Positions 56,249 through 64,000 of a DNA stretch of 64,000 nt are shown here, piece after piece (within the stretch, counting starts at the first letter, position 1; each line of letters starts with the position of its first letter). The notes under the pieces are model-generated. The model was not told the origin of the DNA and ran no database searches. It worked only from the letters and a program-made list of their open reading frames with translations. A program made the position numbers and the translations under genes. The stretch comes from an uncultured Anaerolineaceae bacterium (GTDB lineage: Bacteria > Chloroflexota > Anaerolineae > Anaerolineales > Anaerolineaceae): positions 6,913 through 70,912 of the forward strand of contig CAZHXQ010000001.1 in assembly GCA_964536465.1 (NCBI GenBank). Direction: 5' to 3'.

Positions 56249-56291
56249 AACCCCTCTTCCACGCAGTACAGGCAGAGGGGTTTTGGTTTTT
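56249..56291 (+). terminator. Rho-independent terminator after the permease (may also serve the convergent kbl)
   Basis: AACCCCTCT ... AGAGGGGTT stem followed by TTGGTTTTT. Confidence 0.65.
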
Positions 56292-56315
56292 CTCTAAAAT
56301 CAACAAACTGGTATA

Positions 56316-57500
56316 TTAGTCGCCCTTACCCAATTTTTTGCCAACCCGTTCGAACGCTTCCAGTGCTTGCTCCAGCTGGTTTTGACTGTGGGCAGCAGAA
56401 ACCATCACACGTATGCGCGCCTTACCCAGAGGTACGGTTGGAAAACCCAGCGCACCCGCGAATATGCCCTCATCAAACAACTTGCGGCTAAATTCCCGCG
56501 CCAACTGTACGTCGCCCAACATCACAGGTGTGATTGGCGTCTGGGTCAGCCCGGTGTCAAAACCCATTTTCCGCATCTCTTCCTGGAAAAATCGCGCGTT
56601 TGCCCAAAGACGGTCTACCAGTTCGGTAGATTCCTCCAGCAGATCCACCGAAGCCAGACACGCGGCAACGTCGGGGACGGTCACCGCGGAAGAGAACAAA
56701 AAGGGGCGTCCCCGCTGACGCAGCCACTCAATAATTCTGGCGTTGCCAGCCACCACACCACCAACCACTCCGAACGCCTTACTGAAGGTGCCAACTTCTA
56801 CATCTACCTGCCCGTGAAGGTTGAAGTGATCCACAATACCGCGACCGCCCTCCCCCAAGACACCCTCGCCATGGGCGTCATCGACCATGGTCATCAGATC
56901 GTATTTTTTTGAGACCTCAATCAGTTTGTCCAGCGGTGCATAATCGCCATCCATTGAGAAAACGCCATCAGTGATCATCAGTCCACGCCGATAACTTCCT
57001 TGGGCTTCTTTAACCACCCGCTCGAAATCTTCTACATTTGCGTGCTTGAATCGGAAGATCTTTGCGCTCGATAGACGGGAGCCGTCAATTATGGAGGCAT
57101 GGTTGAGCTCATCTGAGAAAATTGCGTCTTCCCTGCTTACCAGGGCAGGGATGGTAGCGCCATTGGCGCTAAACCCGGACTGAAATGTAATTGCCGCTTC
57201 CACTCGTTTGAAGGCTGCCATGCGCTTTTCCAACTCGACATGCAGGCTCAAAGTCCCAGCGATTGAACGTACGGCGGCTGGCCCGACACCAAATTTCTGC
57301 ATTGCCTCGGTGGCTGCTTTTATCAATCGGGGATGGTTTGCCAGACCGAGATAGTTATTGGAACAAAAATTAAGTACTTCTCTTCCATTGATGATCACAG
57401 ACGGACCCTGGGGTGAGTCCATAGTGGGTATGCTGTTGTAAAAACCGGTATCTTTCAGGTTTTTAAGTTCGTCATCGATCCAGGCTAATTTATCAGTCAT
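56316..57500 (-). CDS. kbl: Glycine C-acetyltransferase / 2-amino-3-ketobutyrate CoA ligase (alpha-oxoamine synthase family)
   Basis: 394 aa. [24 protein letters not shown] and FSKAFG (PLP lysine). The N-terminus is Kbl-like. Confidence 0.8.
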   Translation of the reverse strand: MTDKLAWIDDELKNLKDTGFYNSIPTMDSPQGPSVIINGREVLNFCSNNYLGLANHPRLIKAATEAMQKFGVGPAAVRSIAGTLSLHVELEKRMAAFKRVEAAITFQSGFSANGATIPALVSREDAIFSDELNHASIIDGSRLSSAKIFRFKHANVEDFERVVKEAQGSYRRGLMITDGVFSMDGDYAPLDKLIEVSKKYDLMTMVDDAHGEGVLGEGGRGIVDHFNLHGQVDVEVGTFSKAFGVVGGVVAGNARIIEWLRQRGRPFLFSSAVTVPDVAACLASVDLLEESTELVDRLWANARFFQEEMRKMGFDTGLTQTPITPVMLGDVQLAREFSRKLFDEGIFAGALGFPTVPLGKARIRVMVSAAHSQNQLEQALEAFERVGKKLGKGD

Positions 57501-57739
57501 AATCTCCTCTTTATCTAATCTGATGGCATTTGCCTGAATTATACCCTTCGGTTATTCAAATTCTTTGTAGTAAACTTAGTCCGGGCTGAACTTAATGTGT
57601 CAAAACCATAAAGTCAAGACACAAGAACCCGGCAATGAGATGATTGAGCCTTGGGTGGCTAAAAAATGCTACCTGCTTCACCAGTGATTCTTGTTGCAGC
57701 AGGATATTTTTGGTAAGTTGCCCGTAGAAGGAGACAGCA

Positions 57740-58486
57740 ATGATAATTGTCAAGGCACAAAATTACGACGAAATCAGTAAGAAAGCGGCCAGTTACATTG
57801 CCGCCCAGGTGCAGCTTAAGCCAGCTTGTGTTCTTGGTCTGGCGACGGGTTCTACACCCTGTGGAACTTACCAGGAACTGATCAGGTACCACCGCGAAGA
57901 GGGCCTGAGCTTCCAAAAGGTACGCACGATCAACCTGGATGAATATTACGGGCTGCCGGCGACTCATGAGCAGAGCTATAGCCACTTTATGCGCAAAAAC
58001 CTGTTTGATCACATCGATATCCTCGCCGAAAATACCCATGTCCCTGATGGTCTGGCCACCAACCCAAACGCTTTCGGCAGAGAATACGATGAGTTGATTG
58101 CGTCTCTGGGTGGGATTGACATGCAGCTGCTTGGCATTGGCAGCAACGGGCACATTGCCTTTAACGAGCCGGGAAACTGCTTTGTTGCCCAAACACGTTT
58201 GGTGGACCTCAATCAAAATACCATTGAAGACAATGCCCGCTTTTTTGAATCAGCGGAGGAAGTCCCACGCCAGGCAATCAGCATGGGCATGAAATCAATT
58301 CTGGGAGCGAAACGAATCTTGATCCTTGCCAGCGGCAAAGGCAAGGCTGACGCGGTCAAGGGGATGTTGGAGGGCTCGGTTGACCCCCTGCTTCCTGCCT
58401 CCATTCTGCAGTTACACCAAAACGTTACACTGATCGCAGACCTGGCTGCCCTCTCGCAGACCGCTGAAAGCGTACTGCAATCATGA
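57740..58486 (+). CDS. nagB: Glucosamine-6-phosphate deaminase
   Basis: VLGLATGSTP, NLDEYYGL and LLGIGSNGHIAFNEPG are NagB signatures. Confidence 0.9.
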   Translation: MIIVKAQNYDEISKKAASYIAAQVQLKPACVLGLATGSTPCGTYQELIRYHREEGLSFQKVRTINLDEYYGLPATHEQSYSHFMRKNLFDHIDILAENTHVPDGLATNPNAFGREYDELIASLGGIDMQLLGIGSNGHIAFNEPGNCFVAQTRLVDLNQNTIEDNARFFESAEEVPRQAISMGMKSILGAKRILILASGKGKADAVKGMLEGSVDPLLPASILQLHQNVTLIADLAALSQTAESVLQS

Positions 58487-58517
58487 CGCTTTAAGAAAAG
58501 CTAACAAGTTTTATCGC

Positions 58518-58551
58518 AAAAAAAGGCTGAAAAACAACTTCCAGCCTTTTG
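58518..58551. terminator. Weak bidirectional terminator between nagB and degV
   Basis: A-run, then GGCTG-12 nt-CAGCC, then a T-run. The stem is only 5 bp. Confidence 0.35.
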
Positions 58552-58573
58552 TGAATTAATGAAAGCGTAATTA

Positions 58574-59425
58574 TTACTCCTCGTAATAGCCGCTGATGCC
58601 AATCGTACCTGGGCCGGTATGAGCGCCGAGCACAGGCCCTGTGCTGGTAACGAATAGTTCCAGCGGGTCCAGTTCCTGCCGGATACGCTCCATCAAAAGG
58701 TTTGCTTCTATGGCTGCGGCACCATGCAAAACCACGACGTGCAGCTTCAGGCCGTCACCAATTTTCTGTTTGAAATAGCTGTAAACCTTCTCAATCATCG
58801 CTTTTTGAGTTCGTACCACCCCAGTTGGTTCAATTTTCCCGCTTTCGGCGTTGACTGCTACCAAAGGTCTTACCGAAAGACTAATACTGCCTATCCATTT
58901 AAAAGCTTGCCCGAGCCTGCCGCTGCGGGCGAGGTAAGAGAGGGAAGGTAAACCTACGGAGAGCACCACCTTCTGGCGCACGCGCTCGATACTCTCCAAA
59001 ATTTGATGAACCGATGAGCCAATACGGGCGGCACGGGCAGCTGCCAACACCTGCCAGCCCTGCTGCATGCTGACCGCGCGTGTGTCTACCACCTGCACCG
59101 GTATGCCAAAAACCTGAGCCGCGTTGCTGGCGGCTTGAAAAGTGCCGCTGAGTGCGCTGCTGACCGTCAGACAGATGATTTCTTGCGCGCCCTGCGCCAT
59201 TGCCCGTTCAAAGGCATTTCTGAATTCTCCCGCACTGGGTTGGGAAGAAGTGGGTATGGCGTCGGTCTCGGTGAGGTGCTTGTAAAAATCCCTGGCTGTC
59301 ATCGTGACACTATCCAGATAATCTTTCCCCTCCCAGATGATATGTGTGGGCACCTTGATGATGCCATATTCCTGGGTAAGGTCTTCAGGGATGTCGCAGG
59401 CGCTGTCGGTTACGATTTTTATCAT
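58574..59425 (-). CDS. DegV-family fatty-acid-binding protein
   Basis: MIKIVTDSACDIP, TSSQPSAGEF and LSGTFQ. 283 aa. Confidence 0.85.
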   Translation of the reverse strand: MIKIVTDSACDIPEDLTQEYGIIKVPTHIIWEGKDYLDSVTMTARDFYKHLTETDAIPTSSQPSAGEFRNAFERAMAQGAQEIICLTVSSALSGTFQAASNAAQVFGIPVQVVDTRAVSMQQGWQVLAAARAARIGSSVHQILESIERVRQKVVLSVGLPSLSYLARSGRLGQAFKWIGSISLSVRPLVAVNAESGKIEPTGVVRTQKAMIEKVYSYFKQKIGDGLKLHVVVLHGAAAIEANLLMERIRQELDPLELFVTSTGPVLGAHTGPGTIGISGYYEE

Positions 59426-59619
59426 AGTAGGCTCCGAGAATGATTTGGACTTTGAGGTTCAATGTTAAAATCTTAACTCCAAAATGATAGAAAAGTTACC
59501 TGTATAACCGGGTGAGGGGGCTGGAGGGGTTTTGGACTTCTGTCGTTTCCATGAGGGTGTATTCTGGCATCGAGTTGCTCACTTTGATCTCCAAGCATTC
59601 TACTACCCCTTTGCATCTT

Positions 59620-60471
59620 TCAGTCTTCAATATGTGCGCACAGGCCGAGCGCTTTCGGTCCGGTGTTTAGCCCGACCACTGGTCCCGTGCTGGAGACGTA
59701 TAATTCAAGTGGCTGGGCGACATTCAGGATGCGTTCTTTCATTTCCAGGGCAGCTTCAAAAGCATCCCCGTGTAAAATTATCAGGCGGCATCTGCTAAGA
59801 TCGGGCACCTTATTAAAAAGAGCGTTCAGTAACCCCTCCTTCATCCCTTTTGAGGTACGTTTGATGGCGATAGCCTCAAATTTTCCCTTCTCAGAAGTCA
59901 GCAGCAGAACCGGTTTGATTGGCAGATTGCTGCCAAGCCAGCGGAACGCGTTTCTCATCCGGCCGCCACGCGAAATCCACGAAATAGAGTCAAGACCGAA
60001 CAGTACGAAGACGGAGTTTCTGGTTTCCTCGATTCGTTCCAATACCTCCTCAATCGACCCACCCTGAGCGGCGAGCCGCGCGCCCGCCAACACTTGCCAG
60101 CCTGTCAGCATGGTGGTTCCTAAAGAATCGAGTACGTAAATGGGCGTTTTGTAACCCTCAGCGGCATGACGCGCGAGGTTGATGGTAGAACTGAGGCCTG
60201 ATCCTAATGGAAGACAGACAATTTCGCTTGCGCCATCTGCGATCGCAGCCTCGTATGCCTCCTGAAACTCAATCAATGTCGGCGTGGACGTGGCGGGATA
60301 GGGGGGAGTCTCTGTAGTGATCCGGCGATAAAACTCTTCTGGTTGGATATCAACCCTATCCAGATAATCCCGATCTCCCCAAATTAGGTGAGTAGGTACA
60401 ACCCTGATATCCAACTCATCGATTAATACCTGGGGGATGTCAGCAGTACTGTCACAGATGAATTTGATCAT
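59620..60471 (-). CDS. DegV-family fatty-acid-binding protein (tandem paralog)
   Basis: MIKFICDSTADIP, ATSTPTLIEF and LSSTIN. It is 283 aa, the same length as its neighbour. Confidence 0.85.
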   Translation of the reverse strand: MIKFICDSTADIPQVLIDELDIRVVPTHLIWGDRDYLDRVDIQPEEFYRRITTETPPYPATSTPTLIEFQEAYEAAIADGASEIVCLPLGSGLSSTINLARHAAEGYKTPIYVLDSLGTTMLTGWQVLAGARLAAQGGSIEEVLERIEETRNSVFVLFGLDSISWISRGGRMRNAFRWLGSNLPIKPVLLLTSEKGKFEAIAIKRTSKGMKEGLLNALFNKVPDLSRCRLIILHGDAFEAALEMKERILNVAQPLELYVSSTGPVVGLNTGPKALGLCAHIED

Positions 60472-60670
60472 ACGGGGTTCCTGGCATAATTATAAGTCAC
60501 AACCTGCTATTCGGGTTGCAAACGAAAGACCCGAGGCATCTTCGCTGCTTAAAATCCCGCTCAAGCCATCGGGCTGCGCGTCTGAGCGATAGAGTCAGAC
60601 GAGACAACTTCAAGCAATGGTAAACCGCTGCAGAAGAACCACCCCCCAAGCTGCGATGGATTTTTAGCAA

Positions 60671-61606
60671 CTACGGCAGGTCGCGTCCCTCGGTCATATA
60701 AACCTTGTACCAATCCTCACGGCTGATGGGCATGTCCATCCCTGTGGCGATCTCTATCAGGCGCTGGCTATTCATCGTGCCGGCGATCAACTGCATCCTG
60801 GCGGGATGCCTGGCGACCCAGGCCGCCACTACACCGTTTTTCGTCAAACTGTATTTGGTGCCCACTTCTTCCAAGGCCGAATTTAATTGCGGGAATAGAG
60901 GGTTATTGATATAGGTTCCTTTAACCCGCCGGTGTTGGAAAGGCGACCAGGCCTGGATAACGATCTCTTTGAGACGGCAATAGTCCAACGTGCCTGAATC
61001 GTGATCTTTCGAATATTTTCGACGAGTGTTCATGCGGATGCTGTGATCGATCATCAGGGTGTGAGCAGGGCCAAACTGCAGTTGGTTTACGATGAGTTTG
61101 TGCCTCATGCCCGCCTGCAATAATTCAATCTGCCCTGCAGTCATGTTGCTCACCCCAAAGGCGCGGACCTTGCCGCTGTTGTAAAGCTTGTCAAAAGCGG
61201 CGGCAACCTCTTCAGGTTCAAACAGCGCATCAGGACGATGCAGCAGCAAGATGTCCAATTGCTCCACTCCCAGGCGTTGCAGCGAACCCTCAACTGATTT
61301 CAGGATGTAATCGTACGAAAAATCGAAGGCTATGTTTTTGCCGCTCTCGTTCTGGACGATTCCGCACTTCGATTGAAGCAAAATTTGATCCCGCAGAGAT
61401 GGGTTAGCTCGCAGCCAATCGCCAAAAATCTGCTCGCATGCGCCCCTGCCGCCATAAATATCGGCATGGTCGAAGAGGTTGATTCCCAGTTCCAGAGCGG
61501 TCTTCAGGTGCGCGTCCAATTCGCTGGAGGAAAGGCTCTTGATACGCATACAGCCCAGTACCAGCGCGCTGGCTTGAATGTCAGGAGTTAATGAGAGGGT
61601 GTACAT
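60671..61606 (-). CDS. Aldo/keto reductase
   Basis: LFDHADIYG, LQSKCG, LLLHRPD and FGVSN are AKR catalytic-tetrad contexts. Confidence 0.85.
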   Translation of the reverse strand: MYTLSLTPDIQASALVLGCMRIKSLSSSELDAHLKTALELGINLFDHADIYGGRGACEQIFGDWLRANPSLRDQILLQSKCGIVQNESGKNIAFDFSYDYILKSVEGSLQRLGVEQLDILLLHRPDALFEPEEVAAAFDKLYNSGKVRAFGVSNMTAGQIELLQAGMRHKLIVNQLQFGPAHTLMIDHSIRMNTRRKYSKDHDSGTLDYCRLKEIVIQAWSPFQHRRVKGTYINNPLFPQLNSALEEVGTKYSLTKNGVVAAWVARHPARMQLIAGTMNSQRLIEIATGMDMPISREDWYKVYMTEGRDLP

Positions 61607-61818
61607 GGCAGTCCTTTCGCTGATCAGTTATAAGTATTACTTAAGTTATACCCTGAGTTGCTCGGGGAACGCTAAGAGCATTGAACAAGCTTGCTCGCAG
61701 CTTGCAATGTCAGCTGCCCAAATTTGGGCGAAAGCTGCTGTCTGGTGAGCTGTGCCAGACGCTTGTGCGGGTAGATCTGGGTATTGTGGCGATGGCCAGA
61801 CCCGCGGCTGAAGTCTGC

Positions 61819-62997
61819 CTACTTTTTCTTCAGCGCCCACCTGCTCCCAGGTAGAGGTTGCAAGCGGCCGAAACCGGCGCGGGCAAAAAAGCTGGCGAAA
61901 CCGATCTCGCCCAGGTCGTAGCGGGGCGGGATGGCTGGCCGCGGTTGACATATGTCGTCCAGCGGCAGCGCTTCAACGCAGCCTGCCCCAGCCCGCCAGG
62001 CTTCCCTGACCGACTCGCGCAGCAATGCCATGAACAGTGAAGAATACTCTGAGCGCGCAGCCAGAGAGATTTGGCGGATATGCCACCTCGGGCGGCCCGA
62101 GGTTTCCGATTCGTCAGGCAGGCAAACAAGCTCACTGGCCCCAATGGGTCGCTGCCCCTCGAATAAAAGTACACCCGCCCGCAAACCTGCTGTCCGCATG
62201 CTTTCCAGGGTGACATCTTCGGGGCTTTCACAACGGTCCATCATCTTCATTAAGCTTTCTTGTTTCTCTGAGGGTAAGCTTTGCTGCTCACTTTTCTCCA
62301 GAATGTTGATGAAACGCAGATAATCCTCCGGGCTGTGTGCCAAATGCAGGTGGAAGCGTGCCGGCAATTGCCACTTTGCAGGCGTTTTGTTCTCGTACAG
62401 GTTGTTGGCATACTCCTGGTATTCGGGCGGCAAACTGAGTTTGTAGAGGTTGCAAATATAGACCAAATCCTGGTAATCCTGATGGTCAAAGTCATAACCC
62501 AGGTGAAAGTCAACCAGCCATTCCGGATGGATACAGCAGACGTCCATTCCTGAGATGCGCCCTTGCCCGGTCAAGGAATCTCCGGGGTACTCCACGCCGG
62601 CGATGATCTGCCCCTTACTGTTGCGCACAAAACTATGCAGGTCGATTTGGTGACCAGCGCCGTTCTCGAGCACAAAGTTGTGCGCCCATTCATCTTCCCT
62701 TTGCAGATATTGATAGTCAAGCCGACGCAGGATATTAAGCAGGCGCGGCAAATACTGCTGGTTGATGGCCAGGTCGAGGTCGGAATGCTCCCTTGTCTGC
62801 CAACCCAACAGCGCGTCAACCGCCCAACCGCCATCCACTATCACCGGTATGCCGGCGATTTCAGCCAACTGCAATACCCGTGCAACCTCCTCCTCGTCCA
62901 TGAGCGGGTTTTCACAGGGGTGGATGCGGGTCGAAAAATCGGTGAGCAGGTCTGCAAGTTGGGGGTCAGAGGGGCGCATGTGCTTGAGCTGGTTCAT
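61819..62997 (-). CDS. Fusion of an ANT(2'')-like nucleotidyltransferase domain with a C-terminal GNAT-like region
   Basis: The N-terminal half has VIVDGGWAVDALLGWQTREHSDLDLAI, which parallels the recalled ANT(2'')-Ia WIGGGWAIDARLGRVTRKHDDIDLTF. The C-terminal 150 aa resemble an acetyltransferase fold only loosely. Confidence 0.6.
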   Translation of the reverse strand: MNQLKHMRPSDPQLADLLTDFSTRIHPCENPLMDEEEVARVLQLAEIAGIPVIVDGGWAVDALLGWQTREHSDLDLAINQQYLPRLLNILRRLDYQYLQREDEWAHNFVLENGAGHQIDLHSFVRNSKGQIIAGVEYPGDSLTGQGRISGMDVCCIHPEWLVDFHLGYDFDHQDYQDLVYICNLYKLSLPPEYQEYANNLYENKTPAKWQLPARFHLHLAHSPEDYLRFINILEKSEQQSLPSEKQESLMKMMDRCESPEDVTLESMRTAGLRAGVLLFEGQRPIGASELVCLPDESETSGRPRWHIRQISLAARSEYSSLFMALLRESVREAWRAGAGCVEALPLDDICQPRPAIPPRYDLGEIGFASFFARAGFGRLQPLPGSRWALKKK

Positions 62998-63004
62998 GCG
63001 GCCT

Positions 63005-64000
63005 TCAGGCTAATTTTGTGGTGTCAATCGGTTCAAACTTTGGTTCCAGCCTGCCAGCGCTCAAGCCCAACAAAAGCGAGACCGCGCAAAGCCCGGCGCC
63101 CACCAGGTATACCTCGCGGTTTCCAAAGCGATCGTAAACAAAACCGCTCAGGGCGTTGCTGACGATGTAGCCCATCCCAAACATGGTCACCCCAATGAAG
63201 GCGTTGGCTGTGCTGGTCACCTGTTTGGGAAGCGAAAGGTTGACCAGGGTGATTGTGCACACCAGCCGAAAGGTGAAACTGGCCGAGGTGATCACGCTGG
63301 TGGCAAAAACCATGCTGGCTGAGGGGAAGAACCAGACCAGCAAGCGCCGGCTCAGATCGAACACGAAGACCGCCAGTATGATCCGCCGAATACCGATTTT
63401 ACGGATGATGCGGTCGGCGTTCATCATGAAGGGCACTTCGGTCAACGCGCTGAGGGAATTGGCGAGCCCAATCAGCCCGGCTTCCAGCCCGAGGGTGTGC
63501 ATATAAATCGGCTCAAACGCGCGGATACCGTCCTGGGTGGTGTCAGAAATCGCCAGCGCCATTGCCATCATCCACAGGAAGCGGTTCGAAACCACCAGCT
63601 TCAAAACCGCGGGCAGGCTGAGGCTCTTCTGGTCCTTTTCTTCAGCCATCTCAAAAATTGAATCTGGCATGAACATTAATACCGCGATGCTCAAGCCCAC
63701 CAGGAGCAGGAATAAAAGCATGTTGTACGCTATCCCGTACTTTTGATAAATCCAACCAGCGAGCAGTGTGATTACAGCGTAACCAATCGACCCCCATAAT
63801 CTGATCGAACCGAAATTGGAGGTCTGCCGGTCCGTCGATTTCGAAGCGACCGAGAAGGAGAGATTCTCTGAAGTGGAATAAAAGGGACCCTGCAGGGTGC
63901 GGTAAATGACCCAGAGCAGCAGCACCGGTACAAAAGCCTTGATCCAGACGATTGAGCTAAGCGAGAGGGCCATGATCAGCAGCGAGGCGATCAGGACTCT
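63005..64000 (-). CDS. MFS transporter (N-terminus beyond the right edge)
   Basis: The reading frame stays open to position 64000, upstream of the ORF-track Met at 63973. It has multiple TM helices and MFS-like loops (DRIIRKIGIRR). Confidence 0.75.
   Translation of the reverse strand, partial: RVLIASLLIMALSLSSIVWIKAFVPVLLLWVIYRTLQGPFYSTSENLSFSVASKSTDRQTSNFGSIRLWGSIGYAVITLLAGWIYQKYGIAYNMLLFLLLVGLSIAVLMFMPDSIFEMAEEKDQKSLSLPAVLKLVVSNRFLWMMAMALAISDTTQDGIRAFEPIYMHTLGLEAGLIGLANSLSALTEVPFMMNADRIIRKIGIRRIILAVFVFDLSRRLLVWFFPSASMVFATSVITSASFTFRLVCTITLVNLSLPKQVTSTANAFIGVTMFGMGYIVSNALSGFVYDRFGNREVYLVGAGLCAVSLLLGLSAGRLEPKFEPIDTTKLA

Overview
Bacterial chromosomal window, densely coding, with about 60 CDS and one tRNA. 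No rRNA, CRISPR array, transposase or integrase was seen. Gene content and lipoprotein signals look Chloroflexota/Anaerolineae-like, but that is only an impression. (1) Positions 1-25.2 kb are housekeeping: two M14 carboxypeptidase paralogs, comEC, an NAD block (nadD-pncC fusion, nadE, nadK), deoxynucleoside kinase, an NMT1/THI5-type ABC importer, recN, glgC, a TrmH-family methyltransferase, a NodB deacetylase, a BNR-repeat lipoprotein, tRNA-Arg(GCG) and iorAB. The convergent intergenic gap at 8.1-8.45 kb holds three perfect DnaA boxes, degenerate boxes, TAG/TAA trinucleotide repeats and a 26% GC stretch. With the gene-strand switch around it, this looks like a replication origin that has no dnaA/dnaN beside it. 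(2) Positions 25.2-26.7 kb carry an AT-rich orphan gene for a membrane-anchored protein. (3) Positions 26.7-53.1 kb form a 26-gene, same-strand, almost gapless glycan locus behind a consensus promoter and a wHTH regulator. It encodes Wzm/Wzt export, two NeuB-type nonulosonate synthases, three cytidylyltransferases (one fused to a methyltransferase, one fused to a KdsC-like phosphatase), a radical SAM/SPASM enzyme, KpsC/S-like and GT42/DUF115-like transferases and several GT2/GT4 enzymes. It has no aminotransferase, N-acetyltransferase or 2-epimerase. This is the best candidate for an undescribed system, namely a glycan capped with or containing atypical nonulosonic acids. (4) Positions 53.1-64 kb carry EamA, an ArsR/thioredoxin-like/permease operon with a clear promoter and operator, kbl, nagB, tandem DegV genes, an aldo-keto reductase, an ANT(2'')-like fusion and a partial MFS transporter. 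A covarying hairpin repeat lies at 18.36 and 18.56 kb, and a duplicated 14-bp palindrome lies at 20.96 and 21.03 kb.
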